64,000 nt of DNA from Lingula anatina (taxonomy: Eukaryota; Animalia; Brachiopoda). The stretch is taken from the NCBI GenBank assembly GCA_051362555.1, contig CM120649.1, forward strand, positions 16,258,567 through 16,322,566, given 5' to 3'. The notes under the pieces were generated by a model. The model was not told where the DNA came from, did no database searches, and saw only the letters and a list, made by a program, of their open reading frames with translations. A program made the position numbers and the translations under genes. Positions within the stretch are counted from its first letter, which is position 1, and every line of letters begins with the position of its first letter. Positions 51,433 to 64,000 of the stretch are shown here, piece by piece.

Positions 51433-54400
51433 TCACTGGCGGTGTCCGCTTTGTTCGTCCTGCTTCAGAAAGTTTATATTTACAAAATGCACCTCCATGC
51501 ACATATAAACAGTGCGCTTTGTTAGTCGCGATTTTGCTCGATTATAGAAGTTCCTTTTGGTGTAGAATATCCTAAACCCGAGCTCGTACAGTTTGTTGAT
51601 GATATCGACATCTGCTTGTTTCTTAGGGATGTCATGAAACTCTAAAGCAAACTGTTTGACTTGGGATAACACACCCTCGCGGTACATTGCCTGTAAACTT
51701 GGCCATTCGCTCAATTCAACGTCCATTTTCAGGTAGTCCAGTGTCACCTTAAATAAATATATAGCTAACAAGTATCATCTAAAATAAAGAAAGAAAGAAA
51801 TGGACAAGATAGATGTACACATACAGAAGGAGAATGCAACAGATTGTTTACATACACAACAAGGCGAGTGAATCGTCCCTCAAACCACAAAACCCCTTTA
51901 GCATCGGTATTAACACCCCCTTCCTCTAATAATAGAAAGTCTGAAACAATTTTACCAGTATGTGACGTACGTTCTCATGTCCAAGAAGTCGCTTTATGGA
52001 TCCAAGCGTATAAAGTTGCCACATGTTTTCATTGGTTCCGTTGCTTCCAGATATACCCAGATTGTGGAAATATATGTTTCGGGAACGCTTAAAGTCCTTT
52101 TTTCCTATACTGGAAACAAGTTAAGAGAGAAAACTGTGATACTTTTTCGCGTGTTATGCTCAGTGAGGCTTGTTAAAGAATTAATCATCTATCCTATACT
52201 GAAAAAAAATTAAATGGGGATATTCATGTGTCAATGAGACAATGATATGAAGGGATGGTTAAGTATCGTCCGAAAATACGAATGAAAAAGTTATGAGTCA
52301 AAAAGCAAATATTCACTGCTCGCATGTCTGACTTGTTATTTGTTATCGTTTTTTATTGGGGGAGGGGGTGTTACATTCCTTAGGGGGTGTTACATTCCTC
52401 AGAAGCGAAGAAATAGAATATGCCTATTTTACGCCCTCCGATAAATTCGTCGCTGCTTATGAACAAAAGGTACCAATATTTTGCTTATTTCGAATAGTGC
52501 TTACCTTGGATCGAAACAGTGCACTGTACAATTTTTGGCCTTGCCCATGTAGTCGTCAAAAGACCAGTTGTCAGCGATGCTGGATACGAAATAACAAATA
52601 TTTACATCTGCGTTAGTATCATTTTTGCACCGTATTTAACTTACTTTAAGTCATTTTCACATCAAACGCTATATCCAACGGGTGCCTTACCTTCCGAACA
52701 TAAAATACTGATGAGGGTGGAGTAACAAGTATACTGGTATGGGGGATTTGACTGTGTTGTTCGAGTGAAAAAAAAAGCTGTAACACCAATATCATATAGT
52801 AGTTAAGTGGCTGCCTTACACGCTAATACCCCCTTTATACCCCCTTTACACTGGACGGCGTCCTTTCTGCGACCATGAAATTTGGCATCGCTGTGGTCTT
52901 AATAAAGAGACACGAACATTGATTTTGTATCAGAATGAATGCTCAATGATCGGCTAGTTGTCGGCAAGTAAAGCAATATAATTTTTTACCTCTCAAATGG
53001 GGCCGTACTGCTGGACGCAGAAAAAACGCCGTCCAGTGTAAAGGGGGCTTTACCAACATACATGCACGACGGACTTCCGAAGTTATTATTATTATTTTTA
53101 TTTTTATCATATCTATAGCTTACTATACATCGACAGGACTTCATAATGGGCGGACATAAATTACTGACATGGGTGTAGCAGAAATAAAAATCCAGAAGTA
53201 ACACAAGTCCTACCCATATCTACTTACCCAAAGGAGTATACTAAACATTTTCCCCGTTTCATATTGTATGGCGGGTCCAGGCACACCTCCCAGCCGCCGT
53301 CTTCTCTTTCTCTGGTGCCTGCTCTTATCCGGTTTCGGCAGTCGAACTGTAACTTATGAAGATATCTGGAAATTGAAAAAGGAGCCAAACTATTGCATTT
53401 ATTGAGGGATCACTTGGGAGAAATTAGTTCAGCCAGACCAAAGAGCAGATAGACAACTTTTAAATAGGCAAAGGATTTTCCTCAAATAATGTTAATAATT
53501 TATCAATTGTACATTACACAGAAACTTATGTAAAGCTTGGATTTTAAGAAATAAATATTTTATTATATTTCATTCAATTTTACGATATTATTTTAAAGAC
53601 GCTTAAATTGTAAGTGAATGCACGTATGTAAGCAGTTAAATACAAACAACGTGCGATAAACCTTTTAAACAGCATTGTTTTGTTGGAAATGCTCTTCTCA
53701 AAGATAGGAAAGATGTTCTTGGAGATCCAGACCCTGGATATTTCCTTGGCATCTTCTTTTGCTGGTCTCAGTTTAAGATAGTGAGTGCTTCCCGCTTCAT
53801 ACGCGTAGAACAAAGATTTAACATCCATCCTTTTTAATACTTTAAAGATATTCACCTTTTGGTTGCTTGAGGTTGGAATAATTCCGATTCTTCCTTATAA
53901 ATACTCATAGCCCAAATTTCTCACCAGAAGTGGACTTGTTGGCCCATTTTGCCTCTAAAAACACTTGTTCCTCTAGATCGAGTTTTCCAAAAAATTTATT
54001 TTTTACCCTACCCTATTTTGAGTTATATATTTTTTTTCAAACCTATCCTTTAACACTAGTCCAACGCAAGCTGCCTGCATTTAAGCTTTATTTTGTTTCA
54101 CGGGAATATTTCATTGTGTGTACCTGAAATAGTCCAGCTCAATCTTATCTGATATTGCACCAGCCCCCGACAGTCTCGGAACGGCTTCTCTTGAATACTC
54201 AATGTCGTCTGCTAGATTGTAGAACGTTTTCAGTGGAGTAGGTTTTATGGTTGATGCTTTTGTAACTTGGAGTTTCTCCAACGCCTGGAAAAAGATGAAA
54301 ACTAAGTCATCCGTTCCAATCGTATTTTGAATAAACGTTTTTATGTAACTCCAGGCTGATCATGGTTTTACTGTGCCACTGAAAGTTACATTTGTTACTA

Positions 54401-55134
54401 CTGTTCCTAGAATCAAACTTAAACACTTTCAGGAGATAAATGCCTCGTGCTCGTATGTGTATTCATATAACACTGAACAACACGAGTCTCCTGCATATCA
54501 AAGGGATAACAACTACTGTATTCATATAAGTTCCACAATAAATACATTGTAAACAGCACCTAGAAATAAAAAAAAACCTCCACAAAAAATGCGGTTATTG
54601 CAATTGTTCCAAAATAGGTGCTTGCCATTGGACCGGGAGGACCTTCATAGATGGTTTCCCTCCGTAATAATCTCTTAAGAGATGATTACAAGTAAAAAAA
54701 CGTCTAACTTTGAATGTCGGAACGGATATATTAACCATGGGCAGGTTTGAATGCGTCTTAGTTTTCCCCAGGGAAATCCGTTTCATGGCACTTTCCCTGC
54801 CAAAATGAAGAGTTGTTATCCCTTAAAACGCGACACAAAATTATAAATGGGACACGAAGGGCCCGGGAATGCCTTATGGACACATTAAATGGGGTGGATT
54901 TAGGCCGTCTTCTGAGTCTTCCGGAAGACGGTCAGATTTTCAAGTTTACATTGACGGGTATCTAATTTTTCTGTCGGAAGACGGTCAAAAGTGGAGGATG
55001 GATCAATAAAGATAATTCGGAAGCCTGTCAGAAAATATCTCTGGATCCGCCCCTGCATTTTAACTCGTTCATCTTTGTACTTTCATACAAGAACACAAAT
55101 ATATTGTTAACGGCGGTTGTGGCAGGGTCCTCCT

Positions 55135-55171
<37 letters not shown>

Positions 55172-55497
55172 AACGAAGGAGAATTCCTTCTCAGAACGGT
55201 GCTTACCAATTGCAGATCTGACCTACTGCTATTTAAGGTTCTCAATGCAGATCTAAGGATGGACACCTCATTTGCTAAATAATAAAAGTTAGACAATTAA
55301 TCTTGAATGTTTTTGTAATTGATTCTATTTCGCTTATGTATCGATCTTACTTAAGACAAAATATATGATTGCCAACATGTTTTCATTAGAAATCTGTGGA
55401 AAAAAAACACACCTTCACGCATCCAGAGGACGGAAAGTCCCACCAGCAAAACGACTAGGAAAAACGACAAGAGTTTCCACATTCTCCGCCCGGTCAT
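51433..55497 (-). CDS. METTL24-like (Methyltransf_22/FkbM-related) type II membrane methyltransferase, copy 1 (~326 aa)
   Basis: Exons 55497-55413 (TM 'WKLLSFFLVVLLVGLSVLWM'), 55274-55207, 54284-54124, 53365-53228, 52579-52505, 52109-51971, 51747-51433. Motifs 'DGGWEVC', 'CLVYSFGI..NWSFD', 'C.VH.FDPS', 'LDYLKMDVE.SEW', 'VKQFALEFH'. Confidence 0.88.
52838..53049. mobile_element. Harbinger-type MITE in an intron of METTL24-like copy 1
   Basis: TIR CCCCCTTTACACTGGACGGCG / CGCCGTCCAGTGTAAAGGGGG with TTA on both flanks; not present in the paralogous intron 61678-62011. Confidence 0.75.
54889..55055. mobile_element. Short TIR element inserted in copy 1 only
   Basis: Ends GGGGTGGATTTAGG ... CTGGATCCGCCCCTG (same family as 28043-28275); the paralogous site at ~63285 'gacacatttaacccattc' is empty. 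Confidence 0.72.
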
Positions 55498-56788
55498 AGT
55501 TTTTAATTCTACGAAAGAAAAATGTAAAAATGTTTACAGATAAAACAATTATAACTACTATCTGTAGCATGGCAATATTCATTTATGGATCCCTTGGTTC
55601 AAAAAGGTAACCCCTTTAAGGTACTCACTAGATTTTCTTTATTCCCCCTCCTCCCCCCATTCAAAACAACAACTACAAAACACGGTATAAAAAAAACGAA
55701 GAAGCACAAAACACAACAAAACAAAGACAATTTACACCCCCATTTTAGTAAAAATACCTATCATTGACTACCGTTCAGAATATTTTAACTTGCCCCCCCC
55801 CCCCTCCCCCTTTAGTTAAATCCTGGAGCCACGATTGATATGGCAGTCATATATGGAACCCTATTTGTCTGGAATCTGTTTTCAAATTGATGCTATTCAT
55901 CTGAAATCAAGATAACATTTGTTGCCTAAACCTCAGCCCACTAATCTCTCTCTCCCCCTCCTCCTCGGTTTACCTTCTTGTGTTTGTCTGTAAAAAGCAC
56001 TACAAGAGCACTGATATCTAGCAGAGAAAAATTGCATTTACTAAAAGACATAACAGAAAAAAACATTTTGAAATTCGTAATCAGTATATTTCCCCTCGTG
56101 AGCATCTGCTTGTCTTGAAATATTAAATAAACATTGCGAAGACATACACACAAATATACAAAGCATCGACGATGAAAATATATATGCCCCCCTACCCTCA
56201 TCGAATCAAAAGATGGAGGTCAAGTAGATCTTTCATACACTGCATATACCAAACCATCTGATCTTTGAACCGCTAAGATTAATACAATTCCAAAAAAATT
56301 CAACCATTACAATAAATTGAGGCGTCCACGACTATTTCCGCATCACCGTATGTCTGAATTGAAATTAACTTAACCTTACTTACCCTTACAACTGGTTATA
56401 AAGAATCTTCCAAATACTTCGCAACCAACCCCTTGGATTTATTATACCTATACTCGCAATGGTGATCCGCAACTTAACGTTATAACTTAAAGTAATTTAT
56501 AACATGCAGTATCGAAGATGCAGCCTCCTTATAATAATATTTTCACGTAGCTAATCATACCAAAAGTTCTGAATTAATGAATGTTTGATATTATATAATG
56601 AATATTTGATATCATGGTGTCTTCACCGTATACCACTGGATGTAAACTCTATTCATAAAACATTTGAGGTTACCAGTAGATTGAAGAAGAATCCAACTTT
56701 GTGCACGGATTTTATATAACCCTTATATTATACATGAACTGACAGGAGTGAAGACAGAAGCAAACTTTTGGCCCGAAATATTCAGCTC

Positions 56789-57023
56789 TAAGAGTGCATT
56801 CCCTGATCGAGATTTAGATCGATCCAGAGATTTAGATTTAGATCGACCTTACACCCTGGGGCTTCACGCTAAATTGCAGTCAGCCGAGCGCGCACCATAG
56901 TTAATTACCCCCTTACAGCTTTTAGTAGGCGGGACAGACGCTTAAGCCGGCTAAGCTGACAGTAATCTAGTGAGACTCCCCACAGGGATAGATCGATCTA
57001 AAATCTTTGGGAATGGGGTCTAA
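56789..57023. mobile_element. Foldback MITE, copy 2 (homologous to 36446-36704)
   Basis: Shares 'ggggcttcacgctaaatt', 'taggcgggacagac..ttaagccgg', 'tagtgagactcccc', 'atagatcgatc.aaaatct.tgggaatgg'; TAA flanks. Confidence 0.75.
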
Positions 57024-58477
57024 ATCAAATCCGATCTACTTTAATTACGTAAAGAGATGCAGCGCTTGATAAGTTTTCTCAGATAAAGTTTATTACCAGT
57101 GTCAAAGCTAACTAGAACCTCAAAACCATTTATTCAGTAGATCTAAGCTTTGACTGAAAGAATGTCTGTGATTTCATGATATCAGGTCAGTTTTCAAACT
57201 ATGAGTGTTTCAGACATGGTAGGTGCTAGTGGTTATTTTGTAAATTGGGATATCTTTGGTAATTTAACCCATATCAAGAACTTGAGACACATTTCTGTTT
57301 AAGGGAGGCTATCGGATCATGTTGTCTGCGCATGCGCATCTGTAGTGTAGTTTCAGTTTCTTACCAGTAGGTATAACAAACAGGCTAGGGAAAGCGTTAT
57401 ATCTCTTTACGTTACTATTAATAGCTAAGTAATAAAATGAGGATATGAAATGAAAAGCTGCTTCAATGGATATACAACACGTCGGTACTTGGTGGGTTAA
57501 GAAGATTCCTGCCACCCCCCTCCCCCGTCTGCAGCCTTAAGGTTGATCTAAGAGCAGTTATATTTACTCTGGCCAATCTAATAAAATTGAAACGTGTAAA
57601 GCACCTCTACAATGACAGTAGGCCTACGCATATAATAAATCCATACGACTCATACGAATGCTTGAAAAGCACGTAAACCACAAAAAGGGGCGGTGTCTAG
57701 CAGAAAGCAGAACGCCAGCGAATTCCGATCTCCTACTACAAAAGAATGCCTAGGGCAATGAAGTGTGGTTGGAAAATTAACCACAGGCGTACTTTTTTCT
57801 TTGAGAACATGTCTTTAGGAATTGTGTTTGTAGCAGCACACAGTGCTGATTTCTATTCTTTTTTCACTTTCTAAAGTTGTTGGGCGTGAAAAGGGGTCTC
57901 ATCACCTTCACGTGATTCATTTTCTAGGTAATGAATTTATATCACATTAATCTTCGAACAATAGGCCTACATGTAGGCTACAGAATATCTTAAACTTTTT
58001 GCATGTCAAAACAACATTTTAGATATAAAGTGAGATGTCACCATCACTAACGATAGCAGTGTAGGAAATGGATAATCCAGACTGAAATCTGGGGAAGTTA
58101 GGGAATTAAATTTTTTGGATGGGAAGTGGGTATGTTGGCTGTCTAATTGTGACAGCCGTATTTGACATAGACATACATGTACGTACATGTCTGTATTGTC
58201 TCTCTTGTTAAGTGACCAATTATACATGATCTAAAGAAGAAAAACAATAACATGTACTTATATATCTAATGAACATATATCACTGTATCCATTTTCGTGA
58301 ACTTACATTTCTTATTTATTTATTTATTTATTTATTTATGTATATGGCCCACAGGATTTTTTTATATGCCCCACTGGTGACTTCTTCATTTATTTATCGT
58401 GAGAAAATTTACAACAAATGCTTCCAACGTATTCGAACTGTATTTGTACCGTATTTGCAGCGTATTGTACGTGTGAG

Positions 58478-58574
58478 ATAATACACTGTCACCCGAGCGA
58501 TATATGTCATAACACCTCGAGCGGCAGCGAGAGGTGTTCATGGCATATATCGCGAGAGGGTGGCAGTGTATTAT
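58478..58574. repeat. ~97-bp inverted repeat/hairpin
   Basis: ataatacactgtcacc..gcgatatatgtcataacacctc pairs with gaggtgttcatggcatatatcgc..ggtggcagtgtattat. Confidence 0.8.
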
Positions 58575-59108
58575 TTGACATACATACCGAGAACAAATAA
58601 ATTCATTTCACCCTAAAACACCCCTAAAACTGAATAAAGTGACCCTATATCATGCTCTAGAGATGTTATATGGAATGAACCCGTCCACGTGCGCTGGTCA
58701 CCTTCCGCCAAATTCTTATGTAATGTCTGACCACTTTGATCAATTTTTCCTAAATACTTGTCGTGGACGTTCAACTGGCTTGAAAAGTATTTAATCAACC
58801 GTCGACACTGACCATGCGCGTCTCAGCTGAGCCACACCTACCCCTGTAGCTGGGACTGCTGCGGGAAAAGGTCCCAAGGCAAAACCTCTACTTTTTAGTG
58901 ATATTTCTGATAAGCTAGGAGCGTCGGACCAGAATATAGTGAAACTAATTTTTCACAAGTGCGAAGAAGAAAGAAATTTACAGTTTGGTGATATATCTGA
59001 CAAGGAGGCAGTTTTGGAATATAGTCAAAGTCACACGGATGTTTATTACAAGTTCACGGGAGTAATAATTCTAGTTTTATTGTTATTTCTGACGACGAGG
59101 CGGTTACG

Positions 59109-59110
<2 letters not shown>

Positions 59111-59177
<67 letters not shown>
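59111..59177. repeat. (AT)n microsatellite
   Basis: Pure AT dinucleotide run; others at ~8364-8410 and ~22312-22361. Confidence 0.95.
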
Positions 59178-59180
<3 letters not shown>

Positions 59181-60402
59181 AAAATCAAACGGAGGTTTAT
59201 TTCAAGTCCACAGGAGTAATAAGTCTACGTTTTGGTGACATCTTTTACTACGAGGCGGTTTCGGAATATACACGTGCTGGTTTTCAGAGCATTCATGTGC
59301 TACATGTAATTACAAGTTCAAAGGGGGAATAGATTTGATTTTTACCGATATATCTGATAAAGAGGAAGAATGAACAGCTTAAAAACAAAAGGTAAATTAC
59401 ATAACACTCGTTAAAAAGTTATAGATTTTCAAATAATTTGTATGCACGCGTTGCTTAAATGTAAACTAATTCCCGTTTTCAAACCACACCATATGATATG
59501 ACTTTGTGAAATAAAATTATAAAGAATAATTGTTAAACGTGAAAAGTTTGTTAATTTTTTAAGAGTGTGAAAGATTTTTAATTTGTCAACTGGTAGGTAT
59601 ATATAACGCAAGTAAAGTCACTATTCTCTTAATGCCAAGAAGGTCACATGATCACCGTCTTCGGCTTTCAGCATTTAAGAGACCTCGACTGATTTAACCA
59701 AGATGTAGTCGTGAAATTCTAGACTACATCGAGGTTAAATCCGAGTTTTCCGAGAGACGCTACGCAGAAATGTCGAGTGAAGCGAGATATTTTTGGGTAG
59801 CGGCTCGAGGTTGCCCTCGATCTTCACTGGAGCTTGACTAAATGGACAGGCTTCAGTGATCAGCATATCGCCACGGTCATATAACATCCCTAGGTATGTA
59901 TATATTTGTAGCGTATTTGCACTGTATTTGAACCGTATTTGCAGCGTATTTGTACATATTTGTAGCGTATTCGTACTGAATTTGCACAAGGCAGAGGTGT
60001 TGATTTCTCTATCCCAGTGCGCAGTGCATGCACGTTGGGTTATAACGTAGCCAGACATGTCAAAGCTAGGCGGGCAAGTGAGTTACTAGTGACATTTCTT
60101 CTTTTCTTCTTTTCGTCTGAAAATCCGGGCCATCAATTGAAGCACATTCTTATGTGGAGTTTCGCCTCGGACCTTTTTTTCCTCTTATTGGGCTCTAGTC
60201 GTCAGGGATTGTGCATTTTTTTAGTTTGATATTGCATAACTGTCAACATATGTTGTGCCTGGTCGAGTATGAATTGTAGCATGGAAAAATAATAAAAGTA
60301 ACCATTTTAGTTCATGATATAGCAACAAGCAATAATATTCAAATACGCGGAATGTATTCAGCGGATAGCAACTATTCGCGACCTGTGTGCAGTGTTAATG
60401 AA

Positions 60403-60726
60403 TCAATGGCGGTGTCCGCTTTTTCCGACCTGCTTCAGAAAGTTGATGTTAACAAAATGCACCTCCATGCACATATAAACAGTGCGCTTTGTTAGTCTCG
60501 AGTTTGATCGATTATAGAAGTTCCTTTTGGTGTAGAATATCCTAAACCCGAGCTCGTACAGTCTGTTGATAATATCGACATCTGCCTTTTTTTTAGGGAT
60601 GCCATGAAACTCTAAAGCAAACTGTTTGACTTGGGATAACACACCCTCGCGATACATTGCCTGTAAACTTAGCCATTCGCTCCATTCAACGTCTATTTTC
60701 AGGTAGTCCAGTGTCACCTTAGAAAA

Positions 60727-60757
<31 letters not shown>

Positions 60758-63745
60758 ATAGGGCACGAGGCCTGAATGGAATTTAGATATACCGGGTATT
60801 TGCAGACCAGTAGATTGTTAACGTGCACACTAACACGTGCTCGGCTCCTCCCCCCAAATTTCGCGCCTGCTCTCTGCCGTTTGTCCAAACCCTGGATGCC
60901 TCAGTCTGATGTGCTAGGTGAGATTAAAACAGAATAAACCGTAAAACCGTAAAATATGACATATATTATATCCCTGAACCTTATATGACGTTTTACATGT
61001 AGACCTCGGTATGACCGTCAAATTTAAAATGGAGAGCAAAAACCTTATGGCGCTGAAATACGTAAGAAAGCAGTTTATTATGACTTTAAAAGCTAACAGT
61101 TTTATGCTGGACTTCCAAAACCTCAAGATAATGACAATGAATATTCAGACTACATTATAAATTTTAAAAGAATATTTTTGGTAAATCGTTTCCGTTCTTT
61201 GTGGTAAACAATATGCGGGGCATTTATAACAGTAAGCGACTTACGTTCTCGTGTCCTAGAAGTCGCATTATGGATCCTAGAGTGTATAGATTCCACTTTT
61301 TATAATTGGTTTCGTTGCGTCCAGATATGCCCAGGTTGTGGAAGTATATGTTTGGGGTACGGTTAAAGTCCTTGTATCCCATACTTGAAACAAGTTGAAG
61401 GAGAAAATTATGATTTACGTCCTGAAATCAAAGAGCGCCCACAGCGCTCGAAAGCAGAACATGTGAAACATTTTTTAATCATCTATATAGTAATAGCATA
61501 TCAGCCGAAGTCTTATTTTCACGTTTTTCTCCCCAAAACGATGTTGACAACTGACAAGCTATAGCTAGAGGGGGGGGGGGGGGGGGGGGGGGGTTTACTT
61601 GCCTTGGATCAAAACTGTGCACTGTACAATTCCAGGTTTTGTCCATGAAGTCGTCAAAGGACCATTCGTAACTGATGCTGGAAACAAACAAAATGTTTAT
61701 ATATATTCTCATCTGTGTTGATGTCATTTATGTAACTACATTATACTTGAAGGCTTCCATAAGGCGATTCTCACTCGAGTGGTACATTTTACAAAGCCAT
61801 TCTAATTTAAGAGATTGGGAATTTAACAGCCCGACTAGATGACGCGCAAAATACACCTCAGCGAATCCCCCCCTCCCCCACCCCCGCGGTCAACTAAAAT
61901 ACATGTACATAAAAAGGTCTTTTAAAAAGAATCGATCCTCCCCCATCAAAGTATTTTCAACTTCTGGTTATTCTCAGATATAATGGGAGGCATATCTTAT
62001 CACCTTCTTACCCAAAGGAGTAGACTAAACATTTCCCCGGCTTCATATTGTATGGTCGGTCAAGGCACACCTCCCAACCGCCATCTTTCAATTCGTTGAA
62101 ACCAGCTCTGACCCGGCGGCGGCAGTCAAATTGTAGTTTCTGAAGATATCTTGATATTGAAAAGCATCATTTTACCATTTTTAAAGATAAAAATGCAAGT
62201 TGAAAGAATGATCATTTTAAAGAGTAATAAAAAGATGGAGAAATCAATACAAAAATATTTTTTCCAAAAACTATTACATATTTATTAACTGTACTTTATA
62301 TAGAGCGTTGAAACACATGGACAGTGAGGTTATACAAAATTAATAGTGTTATTATTATCAGTCGTGTTACGATAGAAGTAAATAGTTGCCCAGAGTTGCC
62401 TTTTATTTAAGATTTTTATGCGTGGGAATATTTCGTCGGGTGTACCTGAAATAGTCGAGTTCAATCTCATCTGCTATTGCATCATCCCTTGACAGTGTCG
62501 GAACTGCTTCTCTTGAGAAGTCAATGTCGTCTGCTAGATTGTAGAAAGATCGCAGCGTAGTAGGTTTTATCGTTGTTGCATTTTTAAATTGGGATCTCTC
62601 TCCTGCCTTGAAAAATAAATTCTGATATTGTAAGTACAGACGGAGCATGGTTTTATTGCTCCTTTGAAAGTTACATCCGTAACCGCTGTTCTTAGAATCA
62701 ATCTTAAACACTTGCAAGAGATAAATGCTTCTTGCGCGCATGTTTATTCATATACATTGAACTCTATTAAATAAGATCAAGAGATACCGCAGTGAAATAC
62801 TGTAGATTATTATAGATTTTTCTACGGTGCCCATATCATACTCGAGGGCTTTTTATTTCTCATATCAAAAGGATAACAACTCTTCACGTGAAATTAAGAA
62901 TTTCACAATAAATACATTGTAAACAACGCACAGAAATATAAAAAATTCCATTTTACCAAAAAAAAAATTTTTTAATTATTCCGATATCTCTGTTTGCCAT
63001 TGGGTCATATTGACCTTCATAGATGGTTACCCTCCGTAATAATATCTTATGGCATTATTAAAAAAAAACAAAAAAAAACAACAACAACAACAACAACAAT
63101 AGACTAGCTAACTTTGAATGTCCGAACGCATTTATTAAACATTGGCAAGTATGGGAACATCTTCAAATACCCGGGAAAATCCGTTTCTTGGCACTTTCCC
63201 TGACAAAACGAAGAGTTGTTTTCCCTTATACGCAGCATAAAGTTTGAAATTGGGACACGAAGAGCCCAAGAGTGACATATTGACACATTTAACCCATTCA
63301 CCTGTGCACTTACATTGTACATACTTGTAAGTAGACAAAACAAATGTAATATTTCGGTAACGGCGGTAAAAACAGGTCTTCATGAAAGAGAGAGAGAGAG
63401 AGAGAGAGAGAATTAACGAAAGAGAATTTCTGCAGGAAAAGATGCCTACCAATTTCAAATCTAACCGACTGCTAATGAGGGTGCCATTTTTCAATGTCGA
63501 TCTAAGGATGCCCACGTCATTTGCTAAATTATAAAAGTTAGACAATTATTCTTGCATGTTTTTGTAATTGATTCTATGTCGCGTATGTATTAATCTTACT
63601 TAAAACAAAATATATGATTGCCAAAATGTTTTCATTAGAAATCTGTTTAAAAAAACGCACCTTCACGCATCCAGAGGACGGAAAGTCCCACCAGCAAAAC
63701 GACTAGGAAAAACGCCAAGAGTTTCCACATTCTCCGTCCGGACAT
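60403..63745 (-). CDS. METTL24-like type II membrane methyltransferase, copy 2 (~328 aa)
   Basis: Exons 63745-63661, 63523-63450, 62606-62446, 62149-62012, 61677-61603 (GC donor), 61383-61245, 60717-60403. Same motifs as copy 1; exon sizes identical except exon 2 (+6 nt). Confidence 0.87.
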
Positions 63746-64000
63746 AGTTTTTAATTCTACGACAGAAAAATGTGAAAATGTTTACAGAGAAAACAATTAT
63801 AACTACTATCTGTGCCTTGGCAATATTCAATTATGAATCCCTTGGTTCAAACTGTGGGGGTACTCACTGGATTTTCTTTATTCCCCCTCCTCCCCCCCCC
63901 CCCCCCCCCCCCCCCCCAAACACAACACCAACAACATCAAAAACACGGTATGAAAAAAGAAAAGAAGAAAACACAACAAAACAAAGACAATTTACACCCC
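62440..64000. repeat. Segmental duplication block matching ~54120-55745
   Basis: Introns and 5' flank align between copies (e.g. 'tgtttttgtaattgattctat', 'catccagaggacggaaagtcccaccagcaaaacgactagg', 'acacaacaaaacaaagacaatttacacccc'). Confidence 0.9.

Noticed and set aside
54150-54185. Apparent frameshift in METTL24-like copy 1 exon 3
   Set aside because: On recount the exon is 161 nt, the same as copy 2, and the frame is intact; not a pseudogene.

Overview
This is AT-rich, intron-containing eukaryotic DNA, inferred to be from a marine invertebrate (probably a mollusc or other lophotrochozoan). By hand-splicing GT-AG exons with consistent phases I reconstruct 11 protein-coding genes. In order: INTS10 (5' part, minus) head-to-head with PCBD; a Golgi carbohydrate sulfotransferase; a B4GALNT-like GT2 glycosyltransferase; an LRRC74-like LRR gene (minus) whose 6.5-kb intron holds an entire opposite-strand 7-exon gene fusing a signal anchor, a JmjC/cupin 2OG-Fe(II) oxygenase and a degenerate aldo-keto reductase; two tandem secreted HEXXH zinc peptidases (lethal-factor/zincin-like) with Gly/Thr linkers and 2-3 ShKT domains; a convergent ~526-aa secreted helical orphan with cytolysin-like features; and two tandem METTL24-like methyltransferases in a ~8.5-9 kb segmental duplication. 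Several MITE/foldback elements and microsatellites are present. The best novelty candidates are the nested JmjC-pseudoAKR fusion and the peptidase-ShKT plus helical orphan cluster. All family assignments are from motif recognition only; no database search was run.
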